Source: a virus
Reading direction: 5' to 3' (one strand)
IMG/VR virus record: IMGVR_UViG_3300002461_000164
Span: 1 to 46,142 of that record
Length of the DNA stretch: 46,142 bases
Within the stretch, counting starts at the first letter, position 1; every line of letters starts with the position of its first letter. The notes below the pieces were generated by a model. It was not told the DNA's origin, ran no database searches, and saw only the letters and a program-made list of their open reading frames with translations. A program made the position numbers and the translations under genes. Positions 39,868 through 46,142 of this stretch are shown here, piece after piece.

Positions 39868-41004
39868 TTAGAACGTCATTTTGTAGCGAATCGTGGTGTA
39901 GTGCACCGCGCCGCGATAGCGGAACTTCACCGAAATCTCGGGCGCGATACGCATCTTGCGCTGGCTCTCCGGCACGTCGAACACGCTCGGCACGTCGATT
40001 TCGTAGTTCGGCGCGTAAAGCCCGGTTGCCGGATCAAGGTCCAGGGCGATCAGGCCGGCGCGGTTCGCCTGACGCATCACGGTTCGCGCCGCGGCGGCGA
40101 GCATTTCCATGCCGCCATCGTCAAACGGGATGCGCTTGTTGTTCAGGAGAATTCCAAGTGCTTCTTCTTCGGTCCGCGCGATAATCCAGTCGGTCGCGTG
40201 GATTTCGTCAATGAACACATTCGGCGTCAGCGTCGAGCCTTCCACGACGAAGAATTGCCCGCCGATATCGATCTGCGTATTCATGCAATGCCCGGCCGCG
40301 ATCGACTGACCTAGCTGTTCCGTGAATCCGGTCAGCGCGGTCAGTTCCGCGCTCCCGACGGAAACGGGCGGAATCGTCTCCAGTTTCTTGTACTTGGCGG
40401 TATAGGCCGAGTCCGCTTCATCGAAATTGTAGCTGGAAAGCGTGGCGGCGAGCGCAACGCCGCCATATTGTGCCGGATCGCTGTGCCAGAACATCGCCGA
40501 GCGCGTCAGCGTGCCTTTCAGCGTCGGACCGATCAGCGTTGTATTCGCCGGATCAAGGTTGCCGACGTCACCACCGGAATCGATGATTGCCAGCTTATTG
40601 TGCGCCTCGCACCACACCATATAACCGCGCGTGAAGCCGCCCGAGCGAAGCGACGCCGTGACCGTGAGAAAATACCAGTCGGCGTCATACGCATAAAGCA
40701 AACCCATCTGTGCGATGCCGTCGGCCTGTGATGCGCCCTGCACCACATAGCCAATCTTGATCCGGACCGGACGCGGATTCTGCGAGAACGCGGCGAGCGC
40801 GGCGAGATACGCTTGATCCGTCGGCGCCCAATCAACCGCGACTTCTTCCATGGTGGAATATGCCTTGGTGCGCTTGGTGGCGTCGACCTTGCCCGCCTTG
40901 GCGACGCTGGACAGGATCAGCGTGGTTCCGAACCCGCGCCGAGCCGGAAATGAATCCGTGCGGTCCAGAGTGACAAGAACGGTCCGGCTGTAAGGAATGG
41001 TCAT
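39868..41004 (-). CDS. Tail sheath-like structural protein (DUF3383-type)
   Basis: 378-aa ORF in the position between the neck genes and the tube. Sequence MTIPYSRTVLVTLDRTDSFPARRGFG... Confidence 0.65.
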   Translation of the reverse strand: MTIPYSRTVLVTLDRTDSFPARRGFGTTLILSSVAKAGKVDATKRTKAYSTMEEVAVDWAPTDQAYLAALAAFSQNPRPVRIKIGYVVQGASQADGIAQMGLLYAYDADWYFLTVTASLRSGGFTRGYMVWCEAHNKLAIIDSGGDVGNLDPANTTLIGPTLKGTLTRSAMFWHSDPAQYGGVALAATLSSYNFDEADSAYTAKYKKLETIPPVSVGSAELTALTGFTEQLGQSIAAGHCMNTQIDIGGQFFVVEGSTLTPNVFIDEIHATDWIIARTEEEALGILLNNKRIPFDDGGMEMLAAAARTVMRQANRAGLIALDLDPATGLYAPNYEIDVPSVFDVPESQRKMRIAPEISVKFRYRGAVHYTTIRYKMTF

Positions 41005-41525
41005 GGCGTCAAGTCCCTTGTGATTGAGTAACTACTATCATCGATCGTGTCCACAATGAAGCCGTCAAGCGTCACTCCACGAACGAAAATATCCATCTGT
41101 GCCCGCGGCTCCCATTGAGTGTTAACCCATTCAGGAACATTGCGAATTTGCGAAATCTCATGCACCATCAGGTTGTCCACCTTGGCGTGAAGCTGTTCTA
41201 AGGTCTGCAGCATCTTCGCCGCCGATTCGATCGGACGAAGCAAATCAGCCGGCGCGTCACTGCCTAGCGCATGAACCGAATAGCGCCATTCCCGCTCGAT
41301 TGCCGGCGTCGCCTTGATCCGGGTTTTACCCTCGCCGTTGTCAATGCCCGTGTCAAAAAAGTCGATCGCCTGGACGTGCTGTCGGACCGGTTTCGAACCC
41401 GTGTAATTGACCATGATATAAGGCGCGGCCGGCAACGGTCCCGACTGATAGGCACGGATCACCGGCCGGCCGGTATGCAGCACCAGCCATTTCACAATCG
41501 ACCCGTGCAAGTCATCATCGGTCAT
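41001..41525 (-). CDS. Neck / tail terminator-like protein
   Basis: ATGA overlaps at both ends. The call rests on position. Confidence 0.55.
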   Translation of the reverse strand: MTDDDLHGSIVKWLVLHTGRPVIRAYQSGPLPAAPYIMVNYTGSKPVRQHVQAIDFFDTGIDNGEGKTRIKATPAIEREWRYSVHALGSDAPADLLRPIESAAKMLQTLEQLHAKVDNLMVHEISQIRNVPEWVNTQWEPRAQMDIFVRGVTLDGFIVDTIDDSSYSITRDLTP

Positions 41526-41854
41526 GTCGTCACCCGAGACAACGCCGCCCGATAGAAACCGCCATCGGCGCGCGGCCAAACATACATGATGCGATACACC
41601 ACGCCGGCATGTGTGATCTGACCGTCAACGTTAAGAACCGACCTGGACCAACACAGCCAACGCGCCTCTGTCCGCAGCCCTTCGGGCAAGTCCTGCAGTT
41701 GGTTCCCTGATGCCGGCTGAATCGCCGCGCGGATCGTGGTCGACGCCGGTCCGCCTGGAACCCATCGCCCGCCGACGTCATAGGCGCCACCCGTGACCGT
41801 CGTTAGCGTCACGTTCCGCGCTTCCGCGTCTATCGCAACGGCAACGTCGATCAT
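41522..41854 (-). CDS. Hypothetical head-tail joining protein (110 aa)
   Basis: ATGA-coupled ORF in the connector block. Confidence 0.6.
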   Translation of the reverse strand: MIDVAVAIDAEARNVTLTTVTGGAYDVGGRWVPGGPASTTIRAAIQPASGNQLQDLPEGLRTEARWLCWSRSVLNVDGQITHAGVVYRIMYVWPRADGGFYRAALSRVTT

Positions 41855-42315
41855 TCGTCCAGCTTATGCGTCACAGCGGCGCGCATTTCGCCCGTATCGA
41901 TAAGCGGATTCGAGGAACCCTTGATTGCGATCGTGACCGGCGAGTTCGGCGGCGAAGAAAGCGACGTGATTTCCGATTTCACGTCCTGCTCGGCGACGAT
42001 GCCGAGTTTCTTCAATGTGACCGTCATCGTCCGATCGCCGCGAAGGATCAACGGCGCTTCCGCGCGAAGCGCCGAGCGGTATTTTCCGGAATTGTTGCGC
42101 ATAGTGTTGCGCATGAAAGGCCGCTCGGGAATCGGACCGCCCCAACCGCCGCCAGAAGCGCCGCCGCGTGTGCCGAATTCCTGCCAAACCGCCTTGCTGA
42201 TGTTCATCCCGTCCGATGCGCCGGCCGGAAAACCGACCTTGACCTTTGACGGACCGCGCGAAAGCTTTGTCGGAAGCTTTTTGTGCGTGCGGCGGATGAT
42301 TTTTGCACCGATCAT
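41851..42315 (-). CDS. HK97 gp10-family head-tail adaptor protein
   Basis: WQEFGTRGG...IPERPFMRNTM matches the EFGT...PFl signature. The start is a one-base TGATG overlap at 42315. The upstream part of the track ORF is junk-like. Confidence 0.65.
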   Translation of the reverse strand: MIGAKIIRRTHKKLPTKLSRGPSKVKVGFPAGASDGMNISKAVWQEFGTRGGASGGGWGGPIPERPFMRNTMRNNSGKYRSALRAEAPLILRGDRTMTVTLKKLGIVAEQDVKSEITSLSSPPNSPVTIAIKGSSNPLIDTGEMRAAVTHKLDE

Positions 42316-42716
42316 CAGAACACCGCGAATGTCGAGAAATTGCGGCGCATGTAAACCAGATATTGCGTCCCGTATGACGTCAGCATGTATCCATCGGCGT
42401 CGACCGCCAGTCCGCCGAGCCGATCCGATGTGCTGGCGTACGTGGTCGACACGTCGCCGACCTTGCGCGAAATCATCGGTCCAGGCGCCAGCGGTGCGCC
42501 ATCCGTGATCCCCTTCGATCGCGCCGGTTCGCCTTCCATCGCAAGCATGTGTGCGGCGAGATAAAGCGCGGCCGGCTTGCGGTCCCGTTCTTCCCATGTC
42601 TCGCCGACTTGCGGAATTGCTTCCTCCAGGACCATTTGCACCAACGCGTCGCCGACCGGCGCGAATTCCGGAAACCGGACGCGAAAATCAGAAAGCGTTG
42701 GTGCAATGTAGGTCAT
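42315..42716 (-). CDS. DUF4054-type head-tail connector protein
   Basis: LSDFRVRFPEFAPVGDALVQMVLEEA...ALYLAAHML pattern. Confidence 0.65.
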   Translation of the reverse strand: MTYIAPTLSDFRVRFPEFAPVGDALVQMVLEEAIPQVGETWEERDRKPAALYLAAHMLAMEGEPARSKGITDGAPLAPGPMISRKVGDVSTTYASTSDRLGGLAVDADGYMLTSYGTQYLVYMRRNFSTFAVF

Positions 42717-42719
42717 GGA

Positions 42720-43100
42720 TTACTGCTGACCGGCGATCTTCGCCGCCTGTGCCGCCTCGACCTGCTTTTGCAGGGATTCCAGCGACGTCTTGCGCGTCTT
42801 TTCCTCGCCGGTCAGCGCCTTCAACTCGGCAATCAGCCGGTCTTTCTCGATATCCTCCGGCGACGGCATGCCGGGAAGGCTGACCGACGGAAGGCCGGGA
42901 AGGCCGTTCGGAATCGGAAGTGCCGGCGCGTCCTCCAGAACTTCGATTTCCAGGACGCCAGCGCGTTCCCACGCCTTGACCGACGGCGCAAGGCCGTGCA
43001 CGTCCCACTGTTCAATCCTCGCCGTCACGCCGGGCGCGATGGTCACGCCAGCGACGCCGAGCGCCGTACCGTAAACGTTCTTGACATTTGCTGCAGACAT
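42720..43100 (-). CDS. Hypothetical structural protein with a coiled-coil C-terminus (126 aa)
   Basis: GAAGGA RBS. It is the first gene after the capsid terminator. Confidence 0.65.
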   Translation of the reverse strand: MSAANVKNVYGTALGVAGVTIAPGVTARIEQWDVHGLAPSVKAWERAGVLEIEVLEDAPALPIPNGLPGLPSVSLPGMPSPEDIEKDRLIAELKALTGEEKTRKTSLESLQKQVEAAQAAKIAGQQ

Positions 43101-43125
43101 TTCCCGTGTTCCTTCACCTGTTAAG

Positions 43126-43162
43126 AAAAACGCCGCGACGGCCGGTTAAAGCAGTCGCGGCG
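43126..43162 (-). terminator. Rho-independent terminator downstream of the major capsid gene
   Basis: The minus-strand RNA reads CGCCGCGAC-(14 nt)-GUCGCGGCG followed by UUUUU. Confidence 0.75.
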
Positions 43163-43190
43163 CGTCGGATTGTGCCACGTCGTCGGCGGA

Positions 43191-44117
43191 TTAGATACCG
43201 TCGATGTAGCGGATTTCAGCCGGCAAGCGAGCGTCGGCGCCGCCGAGCCGGAACACGCCGGGAACTTCCGTCCGGAGCGGTCCAGCCGCGTACGGCTGCA
43301 GGAAGCGATGCGCCATCGGCATGTGCAGTTTCAGCACGTCATCCGAGCGGCGATATGCAACCATACGCTGAACGCTTCCGGCGCCGGCCGTCTCCAGGCC
43401 GCGGACGCCGCGGACGGTCAGTTGCTTGCCGGTCTCGTTCGTATAGGTGTTGTTCGCTTTCAGGAAACCCATGAGCGTCGTGGTCGTGCCGGGCAGAACG
43501 CGCGTGTTCAGGAAGTCGACCTTTTCGTTCGACATCAGCACAGTATCGGCAAGCGACGTGAACCGCGTCCCCGACCACGACGCGCGAATCCCCTGGTTGA
43601 AATCGGCGATGATCTGTGCATCGGTCGCCGACGCCCATCCGCCCGTCAGTGCCGCAACCGGCGTCACGCTCGGGAAGTTGATCAGGCCAAACATATTCTT
43701 GGTGGCATCGCCGCGAATGGCGACATTGTCCACGAATTCCATGTAGGCCCGGCGCGCGGCGATGGCGTCCGCTGCAGGCAGATTGTAGCCCATCTGCATT
43801 GCGGCGCCGATTTCTTCCCATCCGAACCCGTAGCCGACACCCGCGGTGTGGATCGAGGATTCGAACTTGGTCATTTCCGATCCGGCAAGCGGAACGTTGT
43901 CCGCGTTGCCGTTGATCCACTTCGCGGCGCCGTAAATGTCGCCGGAATAGAACGTCACGGTTTTCGCGAAAGGGTGTGCCGAACTGTCGACCGGCACAAG
44001 AAACGGGAACTGGATCGCAGGGTAAATCTGCTGATGCACTTGCGTTTCGATGTGCGACCGCTGCGAAACCACAAAGCCAAGTGCGGCCTGTGCGTCGAAA
44101 GTGTTGAGGTTGAACAT
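43191..44117 (-). CDS. Major capsid protein (DUF2184-type)
   Basis: 308 aa. Sequence MFNLNTFDAQAALGFVVSQRSHIETQV...GYGFGWEEIGAA. It is flanked by scaffold/decoration genes and a terminator. Confidence 0.8.
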   Translation of the reverse strand: MFNLNTFDAQAALGFVVSQRSHIETQVHQQIYPAIQFPFLVPVDSSAHPFAKTVTFYSGDIYGAAKWINGNADNVPLAGSEMTKFESSIHTAGVGYGFGWEEIGAAMQMGYNLPAADAIAARRAYMEFVDNVAIRGDATKNMFGLINFPSVTPVAALTGGWASATDAQIIADFNQGIRASWSGTRFTSLADTVLMSNEKVDFLNTRVLPGTTTTLMGFLKANNTYTNETGKQLTVRGVRGLETAGAGSVQRMVAYRRSDDVLKLHMPMAHRFLQPYAAGPLRTEVPGVFRLGGADARLPAEIRYIDGI

Positions 44118-44147
44118 TGTTCCTGATTCCCGCTTCGTTGTTTGCCG

Positions 44148-44606
44148 TTAGCCGTTCAGACGGACGACGGCGAGTTCGCCGATTCCAGCGGCCGTTTCGT
44201 ACGTGGCGCCCGCGATCTGGACGGCGCTCGACGCGTTCGTCTTGGCGAAAGCGCCGGTTGCGGGAATGACCCAAACCGGATCACCGACCAGCACGGCGAC
44301 GGATGCCGTCACCCAAACCTTACCCTTGCGCAAATAGGCCGCGCTTTCGTACTGCGCGTACCCGTTGCCACCGGCGAGACCTTCCGCCGAGCGGTCCTTG
44401 ACGGCGATGCCGAGAATGAACGTGTCGCCCGTGGTGAACGCCTTGCACGTATCGGCAAGCGTTCCGCGCGAGACAGCGGCGCCGAACGGGATGCCGCCCG
44501 CGTTCTGAACCGTTGCGGAATCGACGTCCTTTATCGTCATGTCGACAAGGGCACCCGGAACACCCTTGCGGATATTGTCCGTGTAAGTCGTCTGAACTGC
44601 GGGCAT
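44148..44606 (-). CDS. Capsid decoration/cement-like protein (DUF2190-type)
   Basis: 152-aa beta-rich ORF between the scaffold and capsid genes. Confidence 0.5.
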   Translation of the reverse strand: MPAVQTTYTDNIRKGVPGALVDMTIKDVDSATVQNAGGIPFGAAVSRGTLADTCKAFTTGDTFILGIAVKDRSAEGLAGGNGYAQYESAAYLRKGKVWVTASVAVLVGDPVWVIPATGAFAKTNASSAVQIAGATYETAAGIGELAVVRLNG

Positions 44607-44650
44607 ATTCGTGCTTCCTTGTTGCGTTTACCGGCCGTCGTCGGCTCGGC

Positions 44651-45754
44651 TTAATTCTTCCATGCGTTCTGGAGCGACTGTTCCCATGCGTCCTGGGTGG
44701 CGATCACACCGTCGGCGACGGGCGCCGGCCGCTGGAAAGACTGGCGGAACGGATCGGATACCGGCGCCGCGCTGGCGTCCTTGGTGGCGGCGAGAAACGC
44801 GCCGTCGATCGCGGCCGGCGCCATGTCCTTCGCGAATGCCTCGCCGTACTTGGCGACCACGACGGCGCGGCGAATATCGGCGTCAGCCATGGACTCGAAT
44901 TTGCCGTCCTTGACGACGGACGAAGCGAGCGCGACCAAATCGGCGCGGTCCTTGACCATCTTCGCCATGCCTTCCGGCGTCGGCAGCTTGTCGGTCAGTT
45001 CCTTGACCTGGACTTTCAGTCCGCCGATTTCGGTATCCTTGGCGGCGAGCGCGGCGGCATGATCGGCCGCGGTCTTGGTGACGGCCGCGGCACTGTCGGA
45101 AAGCTGACGCTGCAGGCGCAAAATGACCGCCTCCGCCATGTCGGTAACTTCGATCGGCATTCCGTCGTACTGGATCAGCTTGGTTGCCACGGTCTTGATT
45201 CCTTCATCCTGTTGAAACTCGCCGCCCCATCCGTCCCCGATCCGGCACGACTTGCCGGCTCGACCACGCGTCACGATGGCGACGTGATTTGCTCGAATAT
45301 TGCGCTGTTGCGCGTCGAAAGCCTCGCCGGATTCCGTGACGCCTGGAGTGAAGTCCAGATCACAGGTATAACCCGCCGACAGTTCCCGCTTTCCGGCAAT
45401 GACGTCGGCAATCGCCGCGGCGTCACTGACCATCAGCGGAACACGAATGAAACGATCCTTTGCCGCGACTTCGTCCGCAGTCTGACCGACCGCAACCGCT
45501 TTCCAGTTGTCCGCCGTCACCAGATCGGCCGGATGATCGTTCGTCACCGGCCGATGCGCAAAAGATGCAAGGGTGGCGTCGCTGTGAACTTCCGTGGCGG
45601 ACCGGAAAACGCGGACCGTCGGGATTTCCGGCTTGCCGACTTCGTATCCGGCGTAAATCTGAATTCCGGTCCGCGCCACATTGGCATCGACCAGCAAGGC
45701 GCCATCAGCGCGCCGCTTCGTTCCTGTGATCGTGACCGAATCCGTAAAATTCAT
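44651..45754 (-). CDS. Scaffold-like protein (DUF2213-type)
   Basis: VARTGIQIYAGYEVG...FRSATEVHSDATLASFAHRPVTNDHP...ELSAGYTCDL pattern, with an Ala-rich helical C-terminal half. Confidence 0.7.
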   Translation of the reverse strand: MNFTDSVTITGTKRRADGALLVDANVARTGIQIYAGYEVGKPEIPTVRVFRSATEVHSDATLASFAHRPVTNDHPADLVTADNWKAVAVGQTADEVAAKDRFIRVPLMVSDAAAIADVIAGKRELSAGYTCDLDFTPGVTESGEAFDAQQRNIRANHVAIVTRGRAGKSCRIGDGWGGEFQQDEGIKTVATKLIQYDGMPIEVTDMAEAVILRLQRQLSDSAAAVTKTAADHAAALAAKDTEIGGLKVQVKELTDKLPTPEGMAKMVKDRADLVALASSVVKDGKFESMADADIRRAVVVAKYGEAFAKDMAPAAIDGAFLAATKDASAAPVSDPFRQSFQRPAPVADGVIATQDAWEQSLQNAWKN

Positions 45755-45806
45755 GTCGCACGGGTAGCATTGTTATATCATAACGACAACGCGGAATAAT
45801 CGACCG

Positions 45807-45834
45807 TTGACAGGCCGTCCGTTTCGTGTATGGC
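45807..45834 (+). promoter_or_regulatory. Candidate plus-strand promoter in the intergenic gap
   Basis: TTGACA (45807..45812), a 16-nt spacer and TATGGC (45829..45834). Confidence 0.3.
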
Positions 45835-45839
45835 TCGGC

Positions 45840-45915
45840 GTCGCATTCTTCCCACGGATGCGACCACCAGCGCCGCCCGACGGTCTCCTAACCCCGGATC
45901 GTCGGGCGGTTTTTT
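45840..45915 (+). ncRNA. Candidate small RNA (about 75 nt): 7-bp hairpin plus intrinsic terminator
   Basis: GTCGCAT-(11 nt)-ATGCGAC at 45840..45864, then CCGCCCGACG-(17 nt)-CGTCGGGCGG at 45873..45909, followed by TTTTTT. No plus-strand ORF ends here. Confidence 0.35.
45873..45915 (+). terminator. Plus-strand rho-independent terminator
   Basis: A 10-bp GC-rich stem followed by six T. On the minus strand the stem has no U-tract. Confidence 0.6.
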
Positions 45916-46142
45916 AAGCCCTGGAGAAAACCATGAAATCCCTGATCATTCTTGCCGCTTCGTTCCTTGTCATTTCGCCCCGTTCCGGCGACACCCCGGC
46001 ACCGTCCGCGCCGAGCGCGCCGTCTGTGTCGAGCGCGGCAAGTTCCGGCGTCCAGTCGTTCACAGCTTCTCGCAATGCCCGCAAGCCGGCCGCGCTGATC
46101 TTGCCGTAAAACGGCTTTCCCGTCGGCGAGAATAAGCCATCA
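45914..46142 (-). CDS. 3' part of the junction-spanning gene (46049..46142 duplicates 1..94). Stop TAA at 45916..45914.
   Basis: Hand translation continues ...NDWT|PELAALDTDGALGADGAGVSPERGEMTRNEAARMIRDFMVFSRA* in phase with the frame leaving base 1. Confidence 0.5.
   Translation of the reverse strand, partial: DGLFSPTGKPFYGKISAAGLRALREAVNDWTPELAALDTDGALGADGAGVSPERGEMTRNEAARMIRDFMVFSRA
46049..46142. repeat. Terminal direct repeat, right copy (exact copy of 1..94)
   Basis: Identical to bases 1..94. Confidence 0.97.

Noticed and set aside
43170-45799. Long plus-strand ORFs (318 and 428 aa) and a 311-aa minus-strand ORF over the capsid and scaffold genes
   Set aside because: They are shadows of strongly supported structural genes. 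Their products are Arg-rich with no recognisable motifs and no RBS.
45840-45915. A tRNA gene, because the element is about 76 nt long
   Set aside because: No acceptor-stem pairing between the ends, no T-loop (GTTCRANYC) or D-loop features, and it ends in a T-run rather than a CCA context. The structure is two simple hairpins.
1-46142. Lysogeny, mobile-element or defence-island content (integrase, recombinase, transposase, partition genes, CI-like repressor, toxin-antitoxin pairs)
   Set aside because: None of the ORF translations shows integrase (R..HxxR..Y), serine recombinase, DDE transposase or ParA/ParB signatures. The window is fully accounted for by phage early, replication, morphogenesis and lysis genes. 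Absence from an eye-scan is not proof.

Overview
The window reads as a complete, GC-rich genome of a tailed dsDNA phage. Its first 94 bases are repeated exactly as its last 94, so it closes into a 46,048-bp unit.

Layout:
- Minus-strand packaging block, 7534 to 631: two regulators, terS, a Tat-signal membrane protein, terL, portal and a MuF-like protein.
- An intrinsic terminator followed by a promoter, then two small genes. One of these spans the window junction.
- Minus-strand morphogenesis and lysis block, 45754 to 27402: scaffold, major capsid, connectors, sheath-like and tube-like proteins, frameshifted chaperones, tape measure, baseplate, modular tail fibre, endolysin, holin and overlapping spanins.
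- Plus-strand early and replication block, 7942 to 27401. Most genes are chained by ATGA/GTGA stop-start overlaps.
- That block is interrupted by an inverted minus-strand replication module, 20648 to 15448: SLOG/DUF2493, SF2 helicase, VRR-NUC, an HTH-only TetR-like protein and a primase-helicase.

A GapR/DUF2312 homologue points to an alphaproteobacterial host. I saw no integrase, repressor or partition module, tRNA, CRISPR array or reverse transcriptase.

Most noteworthy observations:
1. The portal protein carries a C-terminal 2H-phosphoesterase (Acb1/LigT-like, two HxT motifs) domain. This suggests a virion-associated enzyme that degrades cyclic-nucleotide immune signals. It sits alongside a Lar-like protein and an orphan DPPY methyltransferase as a possible counter-defence set.
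2. A perfect 31-bp tandem duplication splits a short C5-methyltransferase-like gene from its SAM-binding motif.
3. A near-identical 29-34-bp sigma70-like promoter module occurs three times. Its GCGGAACAAA core is also inverted at the early promoter. Two copies bracket a promoter-genes-terminator cassette.
4. A promoter, two-hairpin and terminator unit in the 45.8-kb intergenic gap looks like a small RNA.
5. A protein-like alternative reading frame lies at the 3' end of the MuF-like gene.
6. An AT-rich, ORF-poor control region holds 19-bp direct repeats and a 17-bp inverted repeat.

All functional calls come from motif recognition by eye. No database searches were run.
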